From IMG/VR virus record IMGVR_UViG_3300040801_002535: a stretch of 59,732 nucleotides of DNA, one strand, 5' to 3'. Source of the stretch: a virus. Of the stretch, positions 39,952 through 48,989 are shown in pieces. Both the position numbers and the translations under genes were made by a program. The notes below the pieces were generated by a model. It had not been told where the DNA came from, did not search any database, and was given only the letters and a program-made list of their open reading frames with translations. Within the stretch, counting starts at the first letter, position 1, and each line of letters begins with the position of its first letter.

Positions 39952-41239
39952 TAACAGGAGCATGGCGGATAAGCTGAAAGAGGACCCAGCGCTAGCCGCT
40001 GCCTTCTTCGCCAGCATGACCGAAAAGGAGGCTGAAGCTCTCCTTTACGACTGGGACTTCTGGGCGCGCCCAAATCAGAAGGCGCCAACAGAACGCGATT
40101 GGGTTTACTGGCTGATCAAAGCAGGGCGGGGATTTGGCAAGACGCGTACTGGTGGGGAGACTGTTCGCGAGGCAGTCTGTCTTGGCGGCTACAAACGCAT
40201 TGCCTTGATCGGGCGTACCGCTGCTGACGTCCGCGACACCATGATCGAAGGTGAATCCGGCCTGCTTAATTGTTTCCCGAAGAATATAAGACCAAACTAC
40301 GAACCTTCTAAGCGGCGAGTCACTTTCCATAACGGTGCGATCGCAACAACCTATTCCGGCGAGGAACCAGACCAGCTTCGTGGCCCGCAGCACGATTTCG
40401 GTTGGTGCGACGAGCTTGCCGCTTGGAAGTATGCTGATGCTTGGGATCAATTCCTTTTTGGCCTACGTCTTGGTGATGATCCAAAAGCAGTCATAACAAC
40501 CACCCCTAGACCAACCAAATTAATTCGTGAGCTCATAGACGATCCTGATACTTTTGTCACTAACGGCAGCACGTTCGATAACAAGGGCAATCTGGCAGCA
40601 GCATTCCTACGTAAGATTGTGGCAAAGTTCGAAGGCACCCGTCTTGGGAAACAGGAGCTGTACGCCGAGGTTCTGGATGATAATCCATACGCCCTCTGGC
40701 AGCTTAACCTTATCTCTGACGCACGGGTCAAGGCAGTGCCTACCCATGTTTCGCTTGTCAGGATAGTTGTCGGCGTCGACCCAGCCGTCACCTCCTCCGA
40801 GACCGCCGATGATACTGGAATCGTAGTTGCCGGCCTCGGTTCTGATGGACATTTCTACGTTCTAGCCGATATGACTGTTCACGGCACGCCCGCTCAATGG
40901 GGTAGCCAGTCGGTTCGTGCCTATAAGAATTATGACGCAGATCGGGTTATCGGCGAAGTCAATAATGGCGGCGAACTTGTGGAAGCATTGTTACGCTCCA
41001 TTGATTCGAATATCTCATATAAATCGGTGACCGCCTCGCGCGGGAAAAAACTTAGGGCCGAACCGATTGCTGCCTTGTACGAGCAGGGCCGTGTTCACCA
41101 TGTTGGCTTCTATCCAGAGCTCGAGGATGAAATGTGCGATTGGTCGCCACAGGATAAGGAAAGTCCCGACAGGATGGATGCCCTAGTTTGGGCACTCACC
41201 GAATTGAGCGGCATGCAGAAGGATGCCGGCGTCTGGTAA
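39941..41239 (+). CDS. terL: Terminase large subunit
   Basis: Walker A KAGRGFGKT, Walker B-like ALIGRTAAD/CDELA, and a C-terminal RNase H-like nuclease region (VGVDPA...IGEVNNGG...DRMDALVWA). Confidence 0.88.
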   Translation: MLPDNRSMADKLKEDPALAAAFFASMTEKEAEALLYDWDFWARPNQKAPTERDWVYWLIKAGRGFGKTRTGGETVREAVCLGGYKRIALIGRTAADVRDTMIEGESGLLNCFPKNIRPNYEPSKRRVTFHNGAIATTYSGEEPDQLRGPQHDFGWCDELAAWKYADAWDQFLFGLRLGDDPKAVITTTPRPTKLIRELIDDPDTFVTNGSTFDNKGNLAAAFLRKIVAKFEGTRLGKQELYAEVLDDNPYALWQLNLISDARVKAVPTHVSLVRIVVGVDPAVTSSETADDTGIVVAGLGSDGHFYVLADMTVHGTPAQWGSQSVRAYKNYDADRVIGEVNNGGELVEALLRSIDSNISYKSVTASRGKKLRAEPIAALYEQGRVHHVGFYPELEDEMCDWSPQDKESPDRMDALVWALTELSGMQKDAGVW

Positions 41240-41302
41240 TTACGGGTGCCAAGCTATTAACCATACGGTATACTGCTTTTAGTTTATTTCAAGGAGGCAC
41301 AT

Positions 41303-42745
41303 ATGTCTGAGACCAATGACGAGGGCCGGTCGCTACCGCAAACCCTTTTGAATACAATCGCGTCCCGCCTTCCACTCCTACGCCGCCTTGGACAGCAGTA
41401 TGGTGGAAGCCGTGATCTTTACGAAGCACTCGGCTATAAGAACACTATTGAGATTGCTGATTACTTCGCTCTTTACCGCAGAGGCGATATTGCCAAGCGG
41501 ATTGTAGATGCGCCAGTCGATGCTACATGGCGCGGAGAAGTGGAAATCACCACCAAAGATTCCACTCAAGCTGAAGACCGCGATCTTGAAGAAGATAAAA
41601 TGCATAAGGCATTTGTCGAATTGGACAAGCGCCTATCTCTGACCAATCGTTTTTCCCGCGCTGATCGCTTGGCTAGCATAGGGCATTTCTCAATCCTGTT
41701 TCTTGGCTTCAGCGATGCCATGAACGAGAGCGACCTGAAAAATGCGGTCGATAAATCTAGGTCTCTGGAGCTTAAATTCGTTTTTCCTTACAGCCAGACG
41801 AATGCCACCATCCACACTTATGATACGGACGCCACCAGCGAGACATTCGGCCTCCCACTCCTATATAAAATAGTAACCTCAAAAGGGGACAACAGCTCGA
41901 AAACAATTACCGTCCACCGTAGTCGGGTTATTCATATTGTTGAGGATAAGCTGGAAAGTGAGGTTCTTGGCATCCCGCGCTTAGAGGCGGTTTACAATCG
42001 CTTTGATGATTTGGCTAAACTGGCAGGAGGCTCCGCTGAGATGTTCTGGCGTGGAGCTCGTCCGGGATATGCCGCCATCCTCGATAAAGATGCTACCATG
42101 GACCAGCCTGCAAAGGATGCCATGAAAGAGCAGCTTGACGAATACGACCACGGCCTTCGTCGTTTCCTCCGCCTGTCCGGTATGGATATCAAAAGTATGG
42201 ACATGCAGATTGCCGACCCAGAAAACCACGTCAAAGTCCAGTTACAATTGATTTCTGGTACGACCGGAATTCCGATGCGCATCCTGACCGGTTCCGAGCG
42301 CGGCGAATTGGCGAGCTCCCAAGACGAGAAGAACTGGTTGGTTACTGTCTCCGACCGCCGGACTGAGTTTGCTGAGCCGGAAATCGTCCGCCAATTTATT
42401 GACCGGATGCAAGAGTTCGGACTTATTGACGAAGGTGAATATGTCGTCAAATGGCCGGACCTCTTTGCCAAAGGCGAAAAGGATCAAGCCGAAATTGCCA
42501 AGGCGATGACCGAGGCTATTTCGAAGTACGCTTCATCTCCTGGCGCTGATATGCTAATCCCACCCGCTGTCTTTCTCAAGGAAGTCATGGGTTTTGAGCA
42601 GGACGTTATCGATACCATCCTAGCCACCATTGAGGCGGCATTCGGTGATGACATCGATCCTGAAGACGACCCAGCTGATGAAATCGAAGATCCAGAAGAA
42701 GTAGCGGAAGAAGAAGCAAACCCAGAAGACGAAACGGATGCCTGA
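41303..42745 (+). CDS. Portal protein (DUF1073-type)
   Basis: 480 aa. Position after terL, acidic C-terminal tail, N-terminal region typical of DUF1073 portals. AAGGAGG RBS. Confidence 0.8.
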   Translation: MSETNDEGRSLPQTLLNTIASRLPLLRRLGQQYGGSRDLYEALGYKNTIEIADYFALYRRGDIAKRIVDAPVDATWRGEVEITTKDSTQAEDRDLEEDKMHKAFVELDKRLSLTNRFSRADRLASIGHFSILFLGFSDAMNESDLKNAVDKSRSLELKFVFPYSQTNATIHTYDTDATSETFGLPLLYKIVTSKGDNSSKTITVHRSRVIHIVEDKLESEVLGIPRLEAVYNRFDDLAKLAGGSAEMFWRGARPGYAAILDKDATMDQPAKDAMKEQLDEYDHGLRRFLRLSGMDIKSMDMQIADPENHVKVQLQLISGTTGIPMRILTGSERGELASSQDEKNWLVTVSDRRTEFAEPEIVRQFIDRMQEFGLIDEGEYVVKWPDLFAKGEKDQAEIAKAMTEAISKYASSPGADMLIPPAVFLKEVMGFEQDVIDTILATIEAAFGDDIDPEDDPADEIEDPEEVAEEEANPEDETDA

Positions 42746-43734
42746 TGGATTGCACTTGTGGACACCTTGTAATTAACGGCGCCGATCCAACGCGCACGTT
42801 AATGCTTAGACGTCAGTTCTTGACCGATATTAATCGGCGTTTCAATGCCTTGAAAAAAAGCATCAAGGAAGTCGTCGTGGATCAGGACTCTTTCGGCCTA
42901 TCCGGTGACCCACAATCCATCCCCCGCATTGTTTCCAACCTCCAATTCGACTTCGCGACCACCACCGAGAAAGTCGCTGCTTTCAATTCATGGTTGAGGG
43001 AGCAGCAGGGGCTTGGTGTCCTTGAAGTCGTTACCCGACCCAATTCCCGCTTCGGCACCCAGATCCAGCAGCCTTGGACAAACGCCTATATAAATACCGC
43101 TTACCGGAGAGGTCTCGCGAGAGCACGTACTGAATTAAAGAAACGGGGTTATGAAATCCCTGAAGCCGCTATTCCCGGAGCAGCACTTGCTGGGGGTTCT
43201 GTCGCAGCACTAGGTGCTACCCTCGGTGGCCCTGTCCACATTGATCGGGTGGGTATGCTTTATACTCGCACCTTTTCTGACTTAGAGGGAATCACAGCTG
43301 CAATGGATGCCCAGATTAGCCGCATCTTAGCGCAGGGGTTGGCTGACGGGATCAACGCTCGGGAGCTCGGTAATCAACTAGGCGATCGGGTTGACAAGAT
43401 TGGCCGGACCCGAGGACGCACTCTAGCTCGGACGGAAATAGTTAGAGCACATCACCAAGCAATGATTGAAGAATACCGTGCCATAGGGGTCGGGGATGTT
43501 GTAATATCTGCTGAGTGGGGAACAGCCCTCGATGGTAGGGTTTGCGAGCAATGTGCTCCTCTCCATGGTCGGGTCTTTACCTTAGATGAAATCCAACGCC
43601 GTATCCCGCTGCATCCGAATTGCCGGTGCGTGGCATTACCTTTTGATCCTAGTGATCGGCGTCAGATTGCTGATGCCAAAAAAGAGCGTAAATTCGCTCG
43701 CGGTTTTTATGCCGATAGGGAGGCAACCACATGA
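42745..43734 (+). CDS. Head morphogenesis protein (SPP1 gp7 / Mu F family)
   Basis: RTLARTEIVRAHHQA ... DGRVCEQCAPLHGRVF ... PLHPNCRCVALP. Confidence 0.85.
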   Translation: MDCTCGHLVINGADPTRTLMLRRQFLTDINRRFNALKKSIKEVVVDQDSFGLSGDPQSIPRIVSNLQFDFATTTEKVAAFNSWLREQQGLGVLEVVTRPNSRFGTQIQQPWTNAYINTAYRRGLARARTELKKRGYEIPEAAIPGAALAGGSVAALGATLGGPVHIDRVGMLYTRTFSDLEGITAAMDAQISRILAQGLADGINARELGNQLGDRVDKIGRTRGRTLARTEIVRAHHQAMIEEYRAIGVGDVVISAEWGTALDGRVCEQCAPLHGRVFTLDEIQRRIPLHPNCRCVALPFDPSDRRQIADAKKERKFARGFYADREATT

Positions 43735-45212
43735 CTGGTTCTTTTGTGCACAATGATTTCCTGATTGATAACTATAGCGCCCGTCTCCACGTTTGGCAAG
43801 ACCAAGACCATTTAATAGCACCGGTCGTTTTAATGGTTCCCGGAGTTCATCATGGAAGCGGTGGGCCACTCCTTTATGAAGCAGAAGAATTGGCAGCATT
43901 CGCAATGGCATGGAATGGCGTGCCTGTCCCTGTCGGCCACCCGATGACGAATGACGGGGAACCACTAAGCGCCAATGATCCTTCCGTTCTTGACGCTTGG
44001 AATGTTGGACGCCTGTTCAATGTCTTCTGGGATGAAGAAGCTCAGAAGCTGCGCGGAGAAGTTTGGGTTAACATCGAAGATGCCCAACGCATTAACCCAG
44101 CCGTTCTGACCTACCTTCGCACCGGCCGAGCTTTGGAAGTCAGCACTGGTTTATTTAGCGAGCATGATATGACCGCTGGCACTTATAACGGCGAAGAATA
44201 TTCCGGACGTGTTCATGGAGTTCGCCCAGACCATTTAGCCTTACTTCCCGGAGCAATCGGAGCTTGCAGTGTTGCAGACGGTTGTGGCATCCGGCTCAAT
44301 ATCAAGAATTCGGAGGAACCAATGGAAAAGAATCTCGATCATGTCCGTAACGAACTAGGTAAAGGTAGCCTTTTAGCGCGCCTGCTGAAGACCAACGAAA
44401 ACAGCTTTCGCGAGATCATGTACGCTCTCCAGCGCACCCTTGATCAGCTCGATGGCCAGAACGGAACTCACTATCTAGAGGCAGTCTACCCAGAAAGGCT
44501 AATTTACAGGGTTGAAAAAGATGGCGCGACCCGTTATTATGAAGGCACCTACGGAATTGATGATGAAGGCCAAGTTTCAATCAGCGAAGATAATACGCTG
44601 GTGGAACCGGACTTTGTCCCAGTTCAAACGACAAATAAGGCTGATGAAGCCACCACTCTTAATCAGGAGGAAGAAATGAAACAGAATCGTCAAACCGTGG
44701 TGGCGACACTGCGTACCAATGGTAAGATCGCCATTGATGATGCTGCCGCCGAAGCGCTGACCAATCTGGACAGCTGCGATGAATTCGCAACCCAGATCGG
44801 CGAGCTTATCGCCAGCCACGCCGTTGCCTCAGTCGAGCCAGTTGATGCTGCTATTCCAGAAACCGTTGAGGCCGTTATTGATAATGCGCCTGAAGGCTTC
44901 CAAGCTGATCTTCGCAAGGGCCAAGAACTTCTGGCAAACGCTAAGACCGCCGAAGAGACAGAGCGCGCCGACACTGTGGCAACAATCACCAGCAATGCTG
45001 CCAACACCTTTACCGCTGAGCAGCTCGAAGCAATGGATACCAATGCTTTGAAAAGCATCGCGGCACTTTGTAATACCGCTCAAGCAGCACAACCAGCAAC
45101 CAATCTTGGCGCCGCCGGTGTTGAGACTGAAGTCCATATCAATTCTGATGACGCCCCTGCCGTGATGGAAGAGCCGTCAATTAACCGTTTTGCTTCGGAT
45201 GCCAAAAAGTAG
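43731..45212 (+). CDS. DUF2213-like prohead scaffold/protease-type protein
   Basis: N-terminal NGVPVPVGHP region resembles DUF2213. The C-terminal half is helical and acidic (scaffold-like). Lies between the portal/MuF genes and the capsid genes. Confidence 0.6.
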   Translation: MTGSFVHNDFLIDNYSARLHVWQDQDHLIAPVVLMVPGVHHGSGGPLLYEAEELAAFAMAWNGVPVPVGHPMTNDGEPLSANDPSVLDAWNVGRLFNVFWDEEAQKLRGEVWVNIEDAQRINPAVLTYLRTGRALEVSTGLFSEHDMTAGTYNGEEYSGRVHGVRPDHLALLPGAIGACSVADGCGIRLNIKNSEEPMEKNLDHVRNELGKGSLLARLLKTNENSFREIMYALQRTLDQLDGQNGTHYLEAVYPERLIYRVEKDGATRYYEGTYGIDDEGQVSISEDNTLVEPDFVPVQTTNKADEATTLNQEEEMKQNRQTVVATLRTNGKIAIDDAAAEALTNLDSCDEFATQIGELIASHAVASVEPVDAAIPETVEAVIDNAPEGFQADLRKGQELLANAKTAEETERADTVATITSNAANTFTAEQLEAMDTNALKSIAALCNTAQAAQPATNLGAAGVETEVHINSDDAPAVMEEPSINRFASDAKK

Positions 45213-45247
45213 CAAAATAAATCATCCTTTTGAAAGAGGAGGTAGTC

Positions 45248-45691
45248 ATGGCAGGCAACACAATTTTACTTACCAAATTCCAACCGATTCGCCGTGAGGC
45301 AATCAATGTCCAAGAGGCCACGCCAATCTTGCCGGGAAATATCGTAAAGATTACGAACACTGGCGGAGTTGATCTTGCTGGGCCTGTCGCAGTCGGCACC
45401 CCGCTGCTTATCGCAGTCGAGAATGATCTTTACGGTAAAGGCGTTTCTGATAGCTACGCCCTGAATGATTTGATCCAAATGGAGCATCTCCAGTCTGGGG
45501 ACGTTGTTCAGGTCATGGCCGTTGCCGGTGCCGGCTTCAGTGCTGCAGTTGGCACTCCTCTTTATCTTGACGCTTCGGGTACTGTATCAACAGCCAAAGG
45601 AGTCAACACGCTGGCGTCTTTTGTTGCCCTGCAAGCTCTTACTATTGCGACTGGTGGCAATAACACCTTAATTGATGCTCTCGTTTGCTAA
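45248..45691 (+). CDS. Head decoration / DUF2190-like protein
   Basis: AGAGGAGGTAGTC-ATG. Gly/Ala/Val-rich beta protein immediately upstream of the major capsid gene. Confidence 0.6.
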   Translation: MAGNTILLTKFQPIRREAINVQEATPILPGNIVKITNTGGVDLAGPVAVGTPLLIAVENDLYGKGVSDSYALNDLIQMEHLQSGDVVQVMAVAGAGFSAAVGTPLYLDASGTVSTAKGVNTLASFVALQALTIATGGNNTLIDALVC

Positions 45692-45732
45692 TTTCTGGTA
45701 ACCATCCATAACACCCTTGAAGGAGGAACCAA

Positions 45733-46767
45733 ATGGATATTCTTAACACTAATGGATTGGCTACTGGATCAGTAGCCCAAAAGCTGGCAGCGCTTGGTAT
45801 GCGAACCAACGCTCTGCGCCCGTACGTCGATGCCAACGGCAACGCCTACATCAGCGTGAATGGTAAAGCCGTTCAGGTCTCAAACGCTACTCTCCGCAAG
45901 GACGAGTGGGAATTTTATGATGACGTCTTGGTTCGCACCGCTCGCGAACGCATGATTGGTACGCAAGACCTTATTGATCGCGGCCTTACCTTTTCAACTC
46001 CCGGATTGTCGAAGACCGTCCTCGAGACCGAAAATGTTGGCGAATTCACCCCTGCTGAGTTGAGCATGGATGGAATTTCCCGCTCTAAAGGTGATCGTCC
46101 GAACTTCGAGCCTGTTTACCTGCCCTTGCCGATTATCCACAAGGACTTTGCACTAAATGCACGGACTCTTGCGGCTTCTCGTCAAACTGGCGAGGCACTC
46201 GATGCTACTGGCGTTGAGCTTGCTACCCGTCAGGCCATCGAGAAATCAGAAGACTTACTCTTCACTGGTTCCGGCCAGTACTCCTTCGGTGGTGGCACCA
46301 TCTACGGTTACTCGGATTTCCCAAGCCGTAACACTGGATTCCTGTCCGCTGACTGGGCAACAGCCACCGGCGAGCAAATCCTGACCGATGTCTTGGCCAT
46401 GAAAGCATCCCTGAATGCCGACGGCTTCTACGGTCCTTTCGTCCTCTATGTCCCAACCACTGCAGAAGCAGGGCTGGACAAAGACTTCAAGGCTGCTTCC
46501 GATAAATCGGTTCGTCAGCGCCTTCTGGAAATCAACATGATCGACGACATCAAAGTCGCCGACAAGCTGGCAGCACAATCCGCCATCTTGGTTCAGATGA
46601 CCAGTGACGTTGTTCGCCTCGTAAGCGGTATGCCTTGGCAGGTTGTTGAGTGGAGTGTCGAAGGTGGCATGGCATTCAACTACAAGGTCATGGGTATCCA
46701 AGTTCCTCAGCTTCGTGCCGATCAGGCTGGCAAGTGCGGGATCGCCCATTACACCGTCAATCTTTAA
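45733..46767 (+). CDS. Major capsid protein (HK97 fold, encapsulin-like family)
   Basis: 344 aa with GAAGGAGG RBS, followed by a strong terminator. The sequence resembles encapsulin/linocin-like phage capsid proteins. Confidence 0.85.
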   Translation: MDILNTNGLATGSVAQKLAALGMRTNALRPYVDANGNAYISVNGKAVQVSNATLRKDEWEFYDDVLVRTARERMIGTQDLIDRGLTFSTPGLSKTVLETENVGEFTPAELSMDGISRSKGDRPNFEPVYLPLPIIHKDFALNARTLAASRQTGEALDATGVELATRQAIEKSEDLLFTGSGQYSFGGGTIYGYSDFPSRNTGFLSADWATATGEQILTDVLAMKASLNADGFYGPFVLYVPTTAEAGLDKDFKAASDKSVRQRLLEINMIDDIKVADKLAAQSAILVQMTSDVVRLVSGMPWQVVEWSVEGGMAFNYKVMGIQVPQLRADQAGKCGIAHYTVNL

Positions 46768-46788
46768 TCTTTTAAATTGACACCCACG

Positions 46789-46816
46789 CCCGGACCCTTC
46801 GCTGGGTCCGGGTTTT
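46789..46816 (+). terminator. Rho-independent terminator after the capsid gene
   Basis: cccggaccc-ttcgct-gggtccggg followed by tttt. Confidence 0.75.
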
Positions 46817-46839
46817 CCATTTAATAAAGGAGAACAGTG

Positions 46840-47331
46840 ATGGCCGCTAAAAAACATGAGTACATTGTACAGGCCGGCAAGCATCGCAACGAAGACGGAA
46901 CCTACTCTCGAAAAGGGGAAAAGGTTCTTCTGACTACGGAGCAAGCAGAAGCATTCAAAGGCAAGTTTTCTGTAGCGCCTGATGCCGATGCGCCAAAGGA
47001 ACCAACCCAAGCCGAGATCGACGAAAAATCCCGTCTTGAAAAGATTGCCGCCGAGGAGCAGGAAAAGGCCGATAAAGAAAAGGCCGAAGAAGATGCTGCT
47101 CAGGATCTTCTGGACAAAGAAAAGAAAGAAGCGGACGAGGCTCAGGAAAAAGCAGATGCCGCTAAAGAGAAAGCGGACGAAGCGACAGCAGCCGGCGAAT
47201 CTGTGGCAACAAGCGTAAAGATGATCCGTCCGGGTCAATACAACGTTCTTGACCAAAACGAAAAGGTCATGAATACTGAGCCCTTGAAGAAGGCCGCTGC
47301 TGATGCGCTAGTCGCCAAAGCTACGGTTTAA
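46840..47331 (+). CDS. Lys/Glu-rich coiled-coil protein (163 aa)
   Basis: AAGGAGAACAGTG-ATG. Central EKADKEKAEEDAAQDLLDKEKKEADEAQEKADAAKEKADE. Confidence 0.65.
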   Translation: MAAKKHEYIVQAGKHRNEDGTYSRKGEKVLLTTEQAEAFKGKFSVAPDADAPKEPTQAEIDEKSRLEKIAAEEQEKADKEKAEEDAAQDLLDKEKKEADEAQEKADAAKEKADEATAAGESVATSVKMIRPGQYNVLDQNEKVMNTEPLKKAAADALVAKATV

Positions 47332-47334
47332 ACT

Positions 47335-48021
47335 ATGTCCATTATCCCCGCCTCAGAGGTCAAACCAATCTGGCAGGGTGAACGTGTTTTTATTATAGGC
47401 GGAGGCCCATCTCTTAATCGAATGGACCTCCGCCCTATTTATGATCAAAACGTAATCGGCGTAAACAATGCTTTTGAGCTTGGCGACTGGGTGGATGTTT
47501 TATGGGCACTCGATGACCGCTGGGTAGAATGGAATTGGGATGCCCTTCTCAATTTCAAAGGAATCCAATATTACGGCACAACCCCGCACTGCAAACTCCC
47601 AGACGGAGCCAAGCGGATTGAGCGCTGGAACGTTGACAATAACACGCAAAACCATACCGGCCTGATAACAGACAGGCGTGATCAAATCAAAGCAAACTTC
47701 AGCAGCGGAGCGTCCGCTATTAATCTAGCAATTCATCTTGGAGCGGCTGAGATCATCCTTCTTGGCTTCGATATGAAAGTTGTGGCTGGTAGCCACAACT
47801 GGCATGGAAGTCATCAGCACCGCCCAAAAGACACAATATATGTTGACAGATTTATAAAAGCATTTTATCCTATAAGCAAAGATTTAGACCGGATTGGCGT
47901 TACCTGTTTAAATGCTACTCCCGATAGCGCCTTGGATATGTTTGACCATGTTGTCTTGGAGGATTTATTTTGCACGAACCAATCTTCATCACTGGCTGCG
48001 CCCGCTCAGGCACCTCTTTAG
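47335..48021 (+). CDS. Sialyltransferase-fold (GT42 / DUF115 Maf-like) glycosyltransferase candidate
   Basis: ERVFIIGGGPSLN near the N-terminus, IGVNNA, SGASAINLAIHLGAAEIILLGFDM and a His cluster SHNWHGSHQH. These parallel the Cst-II/Maf motifs VIIAGNGPSL, TSGVYMCAVAIALGYKEIYLSGIDF and the catalytic His region. Confidence 0.55.
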   Translation: MSIIPASEVKPIWQGERVFIIGGGPSLNRMDLRPIYDQNVIGVNNAFELGDWVDVLWALDDRWVEWNWDALLNFKGIQYYGTTPHCKLPDGAKRIERWNVDNNTQNHTGLITDRRDQIKANFSSGASAINLAIHLGAAEIILLGFDMKVVAGSHNWHGSHQHRPKDTIYVDRFIKAFYPISKDLDRIGVTCLNATPDSALDMFDHVVLEDLFCTNQSSSLAAPAQAPL

Positions 48022-48638
48022 TAGCCCGCTGTGTTAAAGCGTCCGGTGCTGCTGGCGGTACCCTTATTCTTGGCGATAGCAATAATCCTCACGGCTTCTT
48101 CGAGAATGCTGCCATTCGAGAGAAGTTGATAAAGCCAGCACTCATCGCGAATGGCTGCGACCCTCTCGGTCAAGATCCACTCCCAGATCCAGAGGACCCA
48201 ATAACCACTATACCAGACCTACGTAAAAAGGTCCAGTCTATTCTTCAAGCAGAAGGCGTTGACCTAGCCAAGCCTTGGTTTTACAAGTGTGCGAAGATCC
48301 ACTTGATGTGGAGGGCTTGGCATGGGGAATTCCCAGACGCGAAATATATTATCGTACGCCGGTCGGAAGCCATGATTGTGGATAGCTGTCTGCGCACCGG
48401 TTTTATGCAGAGGCACCTCAATGCTACAGGATGGTTCGGCTGGGTCCGCTATCAGCTTGCCCGCTTCGCCGAAATGCGTGATTCTGGGCTTAACGTTAAA
48501 GAGGTTTGGTCGGATAAATTAATTGCTGGCGATTATTCGGAATTGAAAGATGCCCTCGAGTGGGCTGGCCTAACGTTCGATCCCGAGATTATAAAATCTT
48601 GCATTGATCCAGCTATCTGGACAAGGGGCATAAAATGA
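47970..48638 (+). CDS. PAPS-dependent sulfotransferase family protein
   Basis: 5'-PSB-type loop PIFITGCARSGTSLV and 3'-PB-type YIIVRRSEAMIVDSCLR. TTG start 6 nt after GGAGGA. Overlaps the upstream gene by 52 nt. Confidence 0.7.
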   Translation: MHEPIFITGCARSGTSLVARCVKASGAAGGTLILGDSNNPHGFFENAAIREKLIKPALIANGCDPLGQDPLPDPEDPITTIPDLRKKVQSILQAEGVDLAKPWFYKCAKIHLMWRAWHGEFPDAKYIIVRRSEAMIVDSCLRTGFMQRHLNATGWFGWVRYQLARFAEMRDSGLNVKEVWSDKLIAGDYSELKDALEWAGLTFDPEIIKSCIDPAIWTRGIK

Positions 48639-48988
48639 AAATAATACCTGTTAATTTACAGGCGGCAATGGGATCAGCATTCAACCAGCGAATCCTTGTG
48701 TATAGGGATAAGGCGCGCTCTCTCGGTTATGACTTCGAAGAAGGGGTCGGGACCGCTGCCGTCTTTTCTGAGTTTGGCGATGCTTCCCCAGCGCTGACTT
48801 TGGAGGTTACCCTTGTGACCGGCATAAATGAAAGTGCCATAGTGCTGAGAGCCCCACTAGCCGACATGTCAGCGTCCGGCCTTGTTGCCGGATCCTATGT
48901 ATGGAACTGTAAAATAACACCGGACCTCGGCCAAGAACCAGAAGAGTGGTTGCGCGGGTCTTTTGAAATCCTGCCACAAGGAGTTTGA
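48635..48988 (+). CDS. Hypothetical structural-module protein (117 aa)
   Basis: ATGA coupling to the sulfotransferase gene. Beta-rich. Confidence 0.55.
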   Translation: MKIIPVNLQAAMGSAFNQRILVYRDKARSLGYDFEEGVGTAAVFSEFGDASPALTLEVTLVTGINESAIVLRAPLADMSASGLVAGSYVWNCKITPDLGQEPEEWLRGSFEILPQGV

Positions 48989-48989
48989 G

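Noticed and set aside
46255-47256. 333-aa minus-strand ORF, the longest unannotated ORF in the track
   Set aside because: It is antisense to the capsid 3' end, a terminator and the Lys/Glu-rich gene. Its product is low-complexity (FFL/LLL runs) mirroring the GAA/AAG-rich sense strand, and it has no RBS. This is an artefact of the repetitive coding sequence opposite.
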